Origin: Octopus bimaculoides
Taxonomy: Eukaryota
Direction of reading: 5' to 3'
DNA: 48,986 nt
Assembly: GCF_001194135.2 (NCBI RefSeq)
Contig: NC_068988.1
Coordinates: 72,511,069-72,560,054, forward strand
In this document: piece by piece, positions 1 to 12,779 of the stretch
How the letters are laid out: every line of letters begins with the position of its first letter
Numbering within the stretch: position 1 is the stretch's first letter
The notes under the pieces: model-generated
The model's input: the letters and a program-made list of their open reading frames with translations, nothing else
What the model was told of the DNA's origin: nothing
The model's database searches: none
Translations under genes and position numbers: made by a program

Positions 1-1139
1 AACTAGACTGTCTATTGTACATGGCATGCACGTGTCTTAGATGACACCTGGACGCATTCAGGCAGGTCGTTATATCAGGATTAGTATGAGCTCATTTTTT
101 CCTTTATGCCTACGTATGATGAATTGTTATTAGTAATAGTATTATGCAAAAATAATGCTAATAAGTTCTTGATAGCTGCAGAGTTTTCATTCGAGAACTA
201 TGCTATTCGAGCTTTCTATTCAAACTTTACCCAAGAGTGACCTTAAAAGAACCAGTCCGTTCGCTTTGAGGAGATGCAAATTGAACAATTTTTCAACAAA
301 ATAAGTGACTTCATAAAACGGTTATAAAGAGCAAAGAGCTTACTATTCGAGTTTATCCAACTCAAGTTTGTTGTCCCAAGCTTGGGGTTAGATCGAAGTT
401 AGAGTAACAGTGGGCTCTACTGGACGAGTTAGACAAGATAGACATGTATTCCCTTATGGCTGATGTAGTTTCACTCTTTTTTTTTCAAGGCTTGAGCACC
501 AATTTCGAGAAACTAGCTTCGAATCGATTTGTGGTCATCAAATATTCTTTCGAGGATGAAGACCCCCCTACTTTCTACCGTTTGCAACACTTCAGTGCAT
601 GCCTGTTGACCGTTTTCTGTGTTTTAGCTTGTCTTACAAAGTCCCTTTGAAAAATTCAAATTTGATTGCAGAGAATCCAAACTAGATCGAAAACACCTAT
701 ATTTATATATTGTTTATACATACATATATATATCTAAATATATATATATATATATATAAATGGACGCGTAGCGTTCGATAATATAATAATACAAACGATA
801 TATGAGCATATGCATGTATACATACATATATGTACATACCTACATCTACATGTATGTATAGATGCATATCCGGGTACAGGACGTCAAAAACCGTGGAATA
901 TTTTTTTTTTTTTTGCGGACAACAGAATGAACACATAGGAAAACAGACAAGCCACTTATGGAACTCTTCCTTCATCAGCTGCCTCTATTCTAAACGAGGC
1001 GTTTACAAGATGAGGCAGAACGCGCTCTTAGAATAGCTCTTCCCGCGAAGTGGATTAACCTGCTAAGCGGAGGATTCCAAAGTAACAAACAAAAACCAAG
1101 ACAGGAAAAATTAAACAGTAAAAACAACGTTAAGGCTGT

Positions 1140-1760
1140 TAAGCCGAACGGGATACTTTGTAGGCGCAGGGCTGCACATAGAGACAACATGATGCATGGT
1201 TTCATTTTGTTATTTACATACACGAGCTATTGAGCTACTGCCGTTCTTTAATATGGTGGCCAGGTAGCTTCTTATGGGTAGGCATTGATCTTGGGCTGCT
1301 ATGTTAAACACTTCTGTTTCTGATTTTAAGACGGAAGACACTACCCATTGATGAGTAAGGGCTTTGTCAACATCGGCATTATTAGCTTTCTTTGGGTATT
1401 TGCCATTGAGAGGTCTTTCTTCCCATTTATCAGTAAGAATATCTAAAACAGCAGTTTTAGAACGGGTTTTCATACGCTTAGCTTTTTTGTGCTTGTTTCC
1501 AGTACGTCTAATTCTGAGACTTGTTCTATTTGGAATTCACTTGGATATTTCTTCGTCTGTTTTGTTACTGAGTATGACATTTTCTTATCTTCGTGCTTTG
1601 AGACTAGTTTTAAAATCCAGTGATCAGAGTTTTTCAGGTAGGTGTTTAAGCCAATTGTGTTCCCAATTGTGTAGGTGTTAAGCAGGTCCAGGTCTTTATA
1701 AATTACCCAATGAATATACTGTACCGCTCTATCAAGCCCGTGAAATACTCTGTAGGTGCA
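1140..1760 (-). mobile_element. Decayed RLE-type (R4/Dong-like) non-LTR retrotransposon fragments, C-terminal region
   Basis: Minus translation gives KWEERPLNGKY...VDKALTHQW...LKSETEVFNIAAQDQCLPIRSY, then a degenerate CCHC knuckle (RVCK*QNETMHHVVSMC...APTKY). 1690-1760 gives APTEY/DRAVQYIHW. These are motifs I recognise from R4/Dong-like elements. Stops and frameshifts are present. Confidence 0.7.
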
Positions 1761-2089
1761 ATTTTTGTCATTGTCGTTGTTGTTGTTTTTGCTGCTGCTG
1801 CTGGGGGTGTTGTATGTTTGTTTGTTTTTGTTCCTTGTTTGTTTGTTTGTTTTTGTTCCTTGTTTGTTTGTTGGATCAAGACATGTGTTCAATGTGGTTT
1901 TAATCACATGATTACGATATTGCTTCTCTGCTTACTGATAGATTAATAATTTTGCAACGAACACCGATCATCGATTTCTGTATCGCTAATTCGCTCGTCA
2001 CCAATACATAATCCTAACATATTAGCTGACTCTTTCAGATTACGCTCTAATATTATGCCAAAAGGAAATGCTTTGGGTGGTAGAATTTA

Positions 2090-2520
2090 TCAGACCTTGT
2101 TAGAGAAGGCTAACCCAATACTTTGGTTCGAGGCCCGGAGAACAGAGGGGCCCGTAACTATCTGTCGACCCCTTTCATAAAATAGAACCTCACAGTCACC
2201 TAGAATTTTAATGAACTTTAAGAGGATCACCATTCCTCGTGCAGTTTTTCTCTACCTAACCAAATTTTTTTCGAAGTCCTTGAACACAACTATCTGACCT
2301 TTGTGTGCTCTCAGCACAACCCACTCAGCTACAAATATTCTTGACAGTTTTCTAGTTGGAGAATAACTTCACCCCTTCTACCAATCGTAAAATTATCTTC
2401 TAGATTTTCCATTAGGTTTCAAAGAGTAACTGAGGAATCTCTTGACCATTTTAATAATGGAAATTTATAACGAATGGTTTTTTTCATAGAATAGATTTCT
2501 TGGAAGGTTCTTCCTAATAA
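2090..2520 (-). mobile_element. Possible 3' part of the Tx1/L1-like element at 2780-3300
   Basis: Weak similarity (AEWVVLRAHKG) to the C-terminus seen at 28341-28780; same strand and downstream of the RT fragment. Highly degenerate. Confidence 0.3.
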
Positions 2521-2779
2521 GCTAAGTTTTGGGTCATACCTGTATGATGATGATAACTATGATGGTGATGATGGTGATGAGGATGATGATGATGATCATC
2601 ATCATCATCATCATCATCATCATTAAGAATTTCTTATGTTTGTTATAGGGGTGTCGATTATGGTGGGACATTACAAAGACACGAAGAAAGATTGCAAAAA
2701 TTGCGGATAATCGATGAAAATCGAATGAGAAAAAAATTGAATGAAATAAAAAGTCTACAAGCAAATGATGAAGTAGTCC

Positions 2780-3300
2780 TCTGGATACAGAGACCCCACA
2801 CTGACCATGTTGTTGGCGTCTTTTCTTAGTCACTGTAGCTCACGGAACTGGGAAATTCTCACGTTCTGGGAACCACTTCGCTAGACATCTGACAAGAGGT
2901 AGGTAGTCAATTCTGGCATGTATCCGTAAAGCTCATACAGCAGATCATCCGAACTGGGTCATTTATATCATGTGCAACTCTTCATTGCTTCCCTTATTTC
3001 AGCCTCGGTTACTGGCTTTCCACAGTACCTAGCGTCTTCCGCCGAAATTCGCGACAGGCTGTCAGAAGCAGACGCTAAACTCCACTAGCGTCTCCGACCC
3101 ATCGTTCGCCTCGGACAGTTAAGTAAAGTGCATTTGGAAAACTGCACACGTTTGCTTGGAATCGAGTAGCACACGTCCATCGTAGGCTGTCAACGACAGA
3201 ATCGTAACTTTGTGGCCAAATCACACTTTCAGTACCTGACCCATCGAAAGACTTACGTTCCCACGTTGCCAGCCATTCCAACTTATGGTTGCCCTTCCTC
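2780..3300 (-). mobile_element. Decayed Tx1/L1-clade LINE, start of the RT domain
   Basis: Minus translation VEFSVC/DSLSRISAEDARYCGKPVTEAEIREAMKSCT*YK*PSSDDLLYELYGYMPEL...LRKDAN resembles the L1/Tx1 'IT..EI..A......KSPG.DG..YE.Y' and 'LL.KD' pre-RT motifs. Confidence 0.7.
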
Positions 3301-4431
3301 ATTTCTACGCACTGACCTAATGAAAACTCTAATTATGAATTAGCTAACCCTCTGCGATTGTTCCACGCTCGTATTAAAATATGTACTAAATTCAGTTTAT
3401 CTTTCCCTTTTTGCTTGCCATAGTAACTGTAGTAAAAACATTTTCTGTATTTCAGAGCGAAAGTAGTGTCAGTTCTCTTCTGCACATGAAAGGAAGTTTT
3501 GATAGGCAACAAATTATTTTGATAACATTATATGTTTGTTTGTATATATGTATATATGTGTGTGTATGTATATGTGTGAGTGTGTGAGTGTGTGTGTGGT
3601 TAAGATCATAATTTACTTACTTTCAGCAGTTGTTTCATGAGAGATAAATATCATTAATTCTATAATTATGAAATTAAGATATTTATTTACAAAAATATAT
3701 GGATACATTAGTTTGTATTTTTTATTGCAGTTTAATAACTTATTATTAAGTTACTGTGCATATGTATCTTTTGAAGTTGTATACGTCATTGCTTTATACA
3801 TCTGTGTGTCACCCTGTCTGTTTGTGTATGTATGTAAATATGTATGTATGCATTGTATGCATGTATGTATGTATGCATGCATGTAGGTATGTATGTACGT
3901 ACGTATGTCTGTATACATGTATGTGTGAATGTTCCCTTCTACTTTTAATTATTTAAATTATTCCTCTGAGGAAGAAGATAGTTTCTAACAAACATACAAA
4001 GCTCCATCTTTGGAATGTAGATAACATAATGTCTTTTTTCTTTGATTTTCAATGAGGCATTCACATCAGTGGTACAGCTGACTTTTATGACGGTACATAC
4101 ATTTTCCTGTCTTCGCAAACAGCAATAACCGGCCATTTATGCGGACACTTGACAGATGTTTTGATGGGAAAGTTTCACCAGTGTTCTTTGCGTTGATGTT
4201 TGTGTATGCATTCAATAACAGGAGTGAGGGTTTCTATATTTATTCCAGGTCAGTCTTTCTTTCGAATGGCATTGTATATTGTTTTGCGGCAACGTCGTGT
4301 CGCATTGGGAGGCGGTACCTTCATGACATTTTTGGACAGCTGCTAAAAACATGTAATGTCTTCCTCAGAAATATGACATAATCTAAATTTTCGGTAGCAT
4401 CTTGGAGCTTCACGGGCTTTACTGTCTCTCT

Positions 4432-4490
4432 TGTATGTATGTATGTATGTATGTATGTATGTATGTATGTATGTATGTGTCCACGTATGA

Positions 4491-4521
<31 letters not shown>

Positions 4522-4543
4522 CGTGTGTGTGTGTGTGTGTGTG

Positions 4544-4581
<38 letters not shown>
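4432..4581. repeat. Compound microsatellite (TATG)n-(TA)n-(TG)n-(TA)n
   Basis: Directly visible; representative of dozens of such arrays in the window. Confidence 0.95.
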
Positions 4582-4584
<3 letters not shown>

Positions 4585-5654
4585 TGTAGACTTACGTATA
4601 TGGTTTGTATATGTACGTGAGAAAGAAAGAAATAGACAGCAAGAAAAAGTATGTCGTTAAACTGTAGCCACTCCACTTCATGGGCTGCTGCAAGTTTCAA
4701 GAAACCGCTGAGCATAATTATATGAAACTACGGTATGCATCTCGTGGGTTACTTACATGTACATCATATGCTCTCTATGCACTTCTTCGATAAACATGTA
4801 TAATTCTTTAGGTGTAAAATTGTACCATACACATTCCATTTGATTGTCCTTGTTTGTGGCGATATATAAATATTGCATTAAAGAAAGTATATATTAACAA
4901 AAAATCCAAATAATGAATTTTTAAAATATTTTATTATTACTAGTTGAAAAATATACATCGTCTTTAGAAGACCCAACATAATGACAAGAATTGCCTGCCA
5001 TCATAAACATTTTGCACGAAGATAACTAAAGGCATGTGAAATGAAAGGCATATGATTAACGTCATCAATCGGCTAGAGTACATAAAATATTCGAGCTGAG
5101 TGAAAAACAGAATAGAGGCACATCAGAATATGATGAGGAAAATAACTTTTTGATCAAACGAATAGCATAAAGCTGAATTAGAGTGAAAGAATTTTAGCAG
5201 CTCACTGGATTAGACGTTGTGTCAATTGAAATTGCTTGCATGGCTCTTCAACCATTTATACGCAAAAAGACATATACATGCATACATACATACATACATA
5301 CATACATACATACATACATACATACATACATACATAAGTTTAGCAAATTCGGTGAGAACTGCATCAACACGAGTAGCTTCAATTGGTCGTAAAAATAATA
5401 CATCACATCATATTTTAAAATATACATTAGGAAATATATAGAGCTAGCTAAAGACAAATAAAATACAGAAATGGCCTCACTGAACTCTTAAAATGTGATT
5501 GACGGTGTATGTATTATTCCTCAGATGCTCATACAAATACATCTTACATCCAAAGAAGTGTATCTTCCGTGATTTGCTGTTTTAAAAATGATGAAAATCC
5601 CCAGAAAACAGCAACTTGGAATATACCTAGCTAGCGCGCTACTTGGAATATACC

Positions 5655-5970
5655 TAGTTAGCTAGCTAGCTAGCTACCTACCTACCTACCTACCTACCTA
5701 CCTAACAACCTACCTACCTACCTAACAACTTACCTATATACATACATACGTATATACATGCTTACATGCATGTATACATACATGCATACATACATACATA
5801 CATACATACATACATACATACATACATACATACATGCATGCGTGTATGCATGCATGAAGGCATGCGTACATCCAATATATGCATACATACATACATGCAT
5901 ACATGCATACATACATACATACATACATACATACATACATACATACATACATACATACATACATACATAC
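5655..5970. repeat. Compound tetranucleotide array (GCTA)n-(CCTA)n-(CATA/CATG)n
   Basis: Directly visible; source of the spurious MYVC/HTYI ORFs. Confidence 0.95.
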
Positions 5971-6529
5971 ATTCTCTACTTACAGCACATACTACGTCAG
6001 GCACCCTTATCACTATGCAAAATTATTCGTCGACAGTGTTTCACTGGGAAATGTACGTAAAATATTTTTATTTAGAATGAAACATATTTATTCGATAAGT
6101 ACCATTGATTAGGATTAGTAAACCAATAACAGGTGTTGAGTAGCTATGTAGAGAAGAATATATACTTCTGGCAGCGTAGTCAATCAATGTAACAGTGAAA
6201 GTTCCTCTAATATTGTGGAGATTGTTTGAAACTAGACTATCTATGATCAAGTATGTCTATGTTTTAAGGCATTCCAGTCTTAAACATCCTGACTTTCTGT
6301 GTATTTTGCACTACATTAATAAATTTATCCTTCTTTATCTAGGACGGTAGGGTGTCTACTTTGGGATGATTTTGTTGCTGTTTCACCGCGCTAATTAACA
6401 AATGTTAAAAGTGTTTCAGAATTTACGAGAGCATTGCATACGACGTTGGTGCTGTGAGTAAAGCTAGTATGACAAACACTTCAACAGACTTCAGAAAATA
6501 TGGACATAAGAGTTGTCTGCTTCCAATCG

Positions 6530-6680
6530 GAATTTGATCCCATGACGTTTCTGCAGTTCCAATGGTAGTGCCAATACTTCAGACACTGGAAGCGATCCAA
6601 AAATTCGACATGAAGACTAGAAAGATATTAACCCCCACTGGAAAGCTTTATAGACGAACGGATGGAAGCAAGGTACAAGA
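6530..6680 (+). mobile_element. Short RLE-type LINE fragment (post-RT region)
   Basis: Translation AVPMVVPILQTLEAIQKFDMKTRKILTPTGKLYRRTD resembles the 'AVPV....W....I..ID.KTRK.LT..G..H..SD' motif. Confidence 0.5.
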
Positions 6681-6819
6681 TTTGTCCAAATGGCTTTCGA
6701 GTACCTTCTATAGGGAGCTAATACGGAAATTGTTCTATATTTTAAGAGATGAAGAATTATGTACATTATTTACATTATTTTACATTTGACGGATATTTGT
6801 CCTCATCTTGTCTGTTTTT

Positions 6820-6865
6820 AACACAACGTTTCGGCTGATATACCCTCCAGCCTTCATCAGGTATC
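6820..6865 (-). ncRNA. Minimal hammerhead ribozyme motif (inverted copy)
   Basis: Reverse complement is identical over 46 nt to 7115-7160. Confidence 0.65.
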
Positions 6866-6867
6866 TT

Positions 6868-7239
<372 letters not shown>

Positions 7240-8299
7240 CAGTTATACTTGCTATTATAAATACTCAGTGATATGCATATCTGGCAAAAAATAGTTTTTC
7301 AAGAAAGAACAAAGCAATCGTCCTCTAAATCCAATCTACTAGTGGTACAGGGATGTTTTGTAAAACATTCCAGAGATTCCCAGTTCAATGACTTGCAATT
7401 AACATATATTCACAATCACATGTGCGTAAATAACAAGCACACATATATGGTTATACATGGAGAATAATCAGTCTCACTGGGGTGAGACTTGTACAGCAGT
7501 AGATGAATGCAAGTATGTTCATGTATACACCTACATAGATATACATATTAATTTAAATATTCACAAACCCTTGGAACAGTCAGACACAAAAATCCTTCTC
7601 GGTTGAATTCTGCGATAAATTTAAATAAACCTCCAAGAAAAACATGCATTCATTTATATTAGCATACACGTAAAAATAAATAAAATTTATTTAAATATAT
7701 ATACGTGCGTGCTTATACACATGCACATAGGTAGGCACACACACAGACACACACACATATACACACACACACATACACACACACATATATATACACACAT
7801 ACACACACAAGCAAGCAAAAAAACACACGCAACCATTCATGTATACATATAGAGATGTCCAAATTGTATTAATTAAAAAAATAGCATCCTGAGAATTTCG
7901 ATTAAGATTTTGATGTGATCTGAAGACTTCTAGGCAGATATACATATCTTTTTTAAAGTATATTTCCTTCCAATAAGTTATTTGTCGCCGTGGATTGAAT
8001 ATTATGAGTTGAGCCATTTTCTTCAGACACATACAAACATACATGCACACACATTGACAAACATAGGGCCTCTCTCTTACACACATACATGCACATACAC
8101 ACGTACTTACACACTCACATATATATGCATACACATATGTATAATATTTGAGTATATATGTGCTTGTATGTATATGTGTACAAGTACACTATATATAAAA
8201 TTATATACACACACACAACCAACGCACACACTAGCGCAAACGGAGATAAAACTACATCAATTATATCTCAATACATATACATAAACATAAGGAGTTCAA

Positions 8300-10219
8300 A
8301 AAAAAAGTTACAGAAAGATATTTCCTGTTTTTCTGTTAACGATGAATTTCTCACATTTGGAGAAAGCTAAAAACGTGAGATTGTCAGGTTTAGTTGACAC
8401 AATCGACATCAACACTTGCCGCTTGATGCCTGTTTTATGAACCTGGTATGAGGAAAGACAAATTTTGACCTGACTGAATTAAATTATATGGGAATCTTCA
8501 AAAGCAATATATAATATGTCAATCATAGTCGATTATCTTCATTGAACAATAAGATATTAATATTGCAGAGTCCCTCGATGATGACAAATTTTAGGTAAAA
8601 ACAAAGAGAAAATATATCAGAAGTTTGAATGTGTAAGATCATTTTTAAATAAAGATAATTTAATCGTACTGAGCGTAGCAACTGGCTGAGGGAATTGTGT
8701 ATAATATACCCTGTTAAATATCATGAATGGAGCTGTTGTTTATTTTACAAATGTTTCATTAGCTTGTATACAGGGAGAAACGGACTCTGCCAGTTTGAGT
8801 GGCTTTAAATACATTACAATACACGTAGACAAACCAATGTGTTAATAAAATCCAGAGAGCTCAGCCTATCTGTTGTTATCAAAAATATTTTAAAACAATT
8901 TTTAATGAGTCTGAAAATTCCCATATCCGTAGTCTGACAAAAAAGAAAATATTTCTCTTAAACGAAAAGAGATAAATTTAAGCCAATACAGTTCATCTCA
9001 AAAATTCGTTTGAGTTAATTGCTTTTGTCCATTAGTTCAAATAACACGCACTGCTGTAATCTCGAACACTGTCTTTTCAATACATTTTTGCCATCCATGT
9101 TTTTCATTTTTTTTTTTCTTGTTAATAATTATTTTATGGTGAAGACAAAACTACTATTGAGAGGCAGGTATATTTGTGCAAATAAATAGATTCAAATGAA
9201 ACAGAAAAATAAATGTAAGTTATTCAGACAGAATATGGTCGAAAGAAATGTGGCGGGAAGTAAGAAGTTTAACATAAATATATGTTCTTGACAGTAATTC
9301 AACGGAAATGCTGACAATTGTCTGACAAACTTATGAGAATCAAAAATAAGTTTGTTGTTTCAGATTAACAAGTGTGGCGTTTTATCAAAATGGAAGCCAA
9401 TTGTATTTACGAAGGATAAAAATAACTCTGTTTTGATGAATGTTCTGATTTTACTTGTTCAGAAACCAAACAAAACAGCAATTTTACTAAAAAGAAAAAG
9501 TTTCAAGAAGGCACAGCATAAAACCAAAAGTCGTTTCTACTCTTTAGATAATGTCTCGAATATTGCACTTTGAAAGATGTTCATTGTTTGAACCAAAGCA
9601 ATTATCAGATACTTTTTTCTGCTTTTCGTCATATCCATCGACATGGTTAGTTAGATCTGCAGTCATTTGTATGCTGAATCATATTTGTACGTATATTTAT
9701 TCCATCCAATAAGAAGCAACGTTATAAAAGCATCCTCTTCGATCAGAAATCTTTTACGTTTAATCAAAACCAAGTGCGTTATAAATCGCCCAACCTCTGG
9801 TTACTGACCACAGAAAGACATATCATTGCAACAAAACATCGAAAAAGAAAAAGAACACTCAAAATAGACATTTCGGACAGATTTGCATTCGCTGTTGTTA
9901 TCAACAGCATTGCCAGCGATAAGTCTCTTGATATTTTTAAAGAAAAGGTGAAGTTGCTAAATAATTTGAAGATTTCTTTCAAACTTTCTTTTAAAAGTTT
10001 TATCAGATTAAAATTGTTCTCTTTGTGTAAAATACGTATTTTATTCTTGTTTTATTTATTTTTTAAAAGAAAAATATTGTCCACAAAAAGAAAAAATAGC
10101 AAATATTTTATTGCCGGCTGTAAACTCAGAGGAAATTGTCGCTTACTCCAAAATAAGTTCATGTTGCTGTGATCGGAAGGAACAAGATATATGGCGGATG
10201 ATGACAGAATCTCAGCAGC
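8300..10219 (-). other. Putative long 3' UTR of NeuroD (true 3' end not determined)
   Basis: About 1.9 kb free of microsatellites and recognisable TEs right after the stop; U-rich on the mRNA strand; AATAAA candidates at 10051-56, 10040-45 and 9696-9701. Confidence 0.4.
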
Positions 10220-11740
10220 TCAACCAGTGATTTCAAATATACCTCGGTTACTGTTTATGATATTTAAATTGTGCTCCAGAACTGGTGGGTCACTCTGAAA
10301 ATCGGGGATATCTTCTAATAAGACATAGGGGCTTGGCTGAGGTTGAGCACAACCATTGTATCCACGCCTGATACCAACATCATTGACCATGTACGTGCTG
10401 TTTGAGTTGTTGTTAGTATTGTTGTTGGTGTTATAACGAAGATAAGTGTTGTTTGATGTCAAACCGGGTGTCATACTTCCTGTAGGCAACGAGGCTTCCC
10501 TATGTTCTGCATTCAACGGACTCAGGTTACGTGGTGTAGTGTAATTAGTGTACTGTTGATGGGAGGGCGGTGGTAGTGAAGTGATCATACCGTTAGATGG
10601 GGCGTGAGGAGAAGAAGACAATCGATTGGATGGAATCTGGCTTACCATTGTGATTGGCCCGATATTCATGCTTGGTTGTGGCTGTTGTGATTGTTGTGGC
10701 GGTGGTGGTGGTGGTGGTGGAGGAGGAGGAGGAAGTGGTTGTTGTTGTTGTTGTTGTGGTTGCGACTGTAATTGGTGATGTTGNNNNNNNNNNNNNNNNN
10801 NNNNNNNNNNNNNNNNNNNNNNNNNNNNNNNNNNNNNNNNNNNNNNNNNNNNNNNNNNNNNNNNNNNNNNNNNNNNNNNNNNNNNNNNNNGAGGATGGTG
10901 GGGGTGAGGAAGTGGTGGATGATGTTGCTGCTGTTCCTGCGGTTGCATACTTTGCTGACTCTGCTGTTGATGGTGATGATGAGGAGGATGATGATGATGA
11001 TGATGCAAAGTCGTTGCATAGGAAGACGGAGGATATGGAATTTGAGTAACAGGGCTACCAAAATCTATCTGGCTACTAAAATCATATCGATATGTTTTAG
11101 GTAGTGTAGAATCGGGGTGCAATGTTCGAGGATTAAGCTGAAGACATCCAGCAACTAGATTCATTGTGTTCTGAGAGAGACCTTTTGACAAAGCTTTCGC
11201 AAAACTGACACCATCTGGTTTAGTACCATTTTTTAAAATTTCTCCCAAGGCACTGATATAATTGCGTGCCAGTCGTAACGTTTCAATTTTCGATAGCTTC
11301 TGTGTCTTGGACGTGCATGGCACATGCAATCGCAAAGTGTCCAATGCATCGTTCAAACCATGCATGCGGTTGCGTTCTCGTGCATTTGCTTTAACTCGTC
11401 GCAAACGTAATTTTTGCACTCGCGCTTTTGTCATCCGTTTCTTCTTTGGACCACGTTTCTTTGGAAGACGTGGTTCGTTCTTGTCTTTGGAAGACGGTTT
11501 CTCTTCCTTCTTCCTGCGGTAAGGATAGTTTTTCGTGCTTTTCTTCATCTTTGTATCACTTATTTCTTGTTCGTCTTCATTACCAGTCATGCTTTCCAGG
11601 CAATCTTCTGGTTCGCTGCCATAATCATCCAAATCATCTTCTGAACATGTGTCATCTAGCAAAATACCATCATCCAATAAGTCGCTATTGCTGTCACCAA
11701 AACACATTTCGTCTTCTCTTTCCAAACTTTTGATAGGCAT
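10220..11740 (-). CDS. NeuroD: NeuroD-family (neurogenic differentiation) bHLH transcription factor, about 506 aa, single coding exon, 107-N gap at 10784-10890
   Basis: b[59 protein letters not shown] (11234-11401), preceded by an acidic tract and [14 protein letters not shown], and followed by the NeuroD-diagnostic [23 protein letters not shown]. The ORF track start at 11749 is a GTG at the exon boundary; the first ATG is 11740. Confidence 0.97.
   Translation of the reverse strand: MPIKSLEREDEMCFGDSNSDLLDDGILLDDTCSEDDLDDYGSEPEDCLESMTGNEDEQEISDTKMKKSTKNYPYRRKKEEKPSSKDKNEPRLPKKRGPKKKRMTKARVQKLRLRRVKANARERNRMHGLNDALDTLRLHVPCTSKTQKLSKIETLRLARNYISALGEILKNGTKPDGVSFAKALSKGLSQNTMNLVAGCLQLNPRTLHPDSTLPKTYRYDFSSQIDFGSPVTQIPYPPSSYATTLHHHHHHPPHHHHQQQSQQSMQPQEQQQHHPPLPHPHHPXXXXXXXXXXXXXXXXXXXXXXXXXXXXXXXXXXXXQHHQLQSQPQQQQQQPLPPPPPPPPPPPPQQSQQPQPSMNIGPITMVSQIPSNRLSSSPHAPSNGMITSLPPPSHQQYTNYTTPRNLSPLNAEHREASLPTGSMTPGLTSNNTYLRYNTNNNTNNNSNSTYMVNDVGIRRGYNGCAQPQPSPYVLLEDIPDFQSDPPVLEHNLNIINSNRGIFEITG
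10680..11005 (-). repeat. Coding trinucleotide repeats: poly-His, poly-Gln, poly-Pro in the NeuroD C-terminal half
   Basis: [19 protein letters not shown]...[22 protein letters not shown], flanking the internal assembly gap. Confidence 0.92.
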
Positions 11741-11749
11741 TCTGAACAC

Positions 11750-11800
11750 CTGAAAGATAATTATAAAAAGGAATAATTAAAAATATATCAAGAATTAGCA
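11750..11800 (-). promoter_or_regulatory. 3' splice site upstream of the NeuroD coding exon
   Basis: Minus strand TGCTAAT (branch-like, 11794-11800), T-rich tract, then TTATCTTTCAG|GTGTTCAGA-ATG; AG at 11751-11750. Confidence 0.8.
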
Positions 11801-12779
11801 TCAAATTGTATATAAAATATTATACATATGAAGTATAAGAGATTGTATGTATGTGTCACAGTCTTTGTACATAAATAAACTTCAGTTTTAAACAATATTT
11901 GTCTTTATGCAAGGCCTAAGCACATTGTACACCCTATTGATGTTTACTCCTTAGATATAATGTATACTCTCTTCTAATAACTACTAGAATAGTCTGTGGA
12001 CATCTGAACTGTCTTCACCTTATTATATTAACGTGTCGAAATTTCTATTATCGCAAAAGAAATTCTTTATATCATAGCAGTGTGTCAAAATCTAATAATA
12101 AAGGTATGTCTACTACCTCGATAACTACATTGTTTTACAACTCGTTGCTTGTCCGAGTAGATTTATTTTAAGTTCTACCGCTTCCTTAATGGTACCTATG
12201 ACATCAATGCCATTCAACACTAAGACGGTCTTAAATGTATATGAAGGTCACCAATAACAACTCATGTAAGTAAAAACGAAAATTTCGTGTGAACCACAGT
12301 TAACCACTTTTTTGAAAACTAGTGCTTTCGTTATAAAATTGCATTAGAAATCTAAATCGACCTTCAAGAAATTGAACTAATTCTCAATAAAGTATGCTGC
12401 AGTTTTGAAAAAAGAAATGCATAAGATAGTGTAGCCATTATGCTTGAAATAGAAGAGATGAGCACAGGCGGGCAACTTTGATCATAAGTGTGTGCGATTG
12501 GTACACTCCTGGAGCTAAACAACAACGACAAAACATTAGTAAAGAAAACTTTCAGTTTCTAATCTTACACTTTCTAAGATGTGAATACCTAACTGCCTGT
12601 TTCCTAAGTCAAACAGGTTTTCCTCTTTCATTAGGAGATTAGAGCGAAAAAACGAACAACGTCTTCCGAAACGAATTTGAAAAATGTGTTAAGACTAGGT
12701 TAAAAAGTTATTTACTGTTGATTCTTTACTTGTTGGGTAATCGGAGTGAGGACAAAGACGCTGTTATTTGCTTCAATCG

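Noticed and set aside
9590-9598. miR-9 seed match ACCAAAG near the 3' UTR
   Set aside because: It is on the plus strand, antisense to the NeuroD mRNA.
10654-11733. Plus-strand and alternate-frame ORFs overlapping NeuroD
   Set aside because: Antisense or frame shadows of a GC-richer, repeat-containing CDS, with no domain signal.
11741-11749. ORF-track start at 11749 (MFRMPIK)
   Set aside because: It is a GTG that begins exactly at the splice acceptor; the first ATG is 11740.
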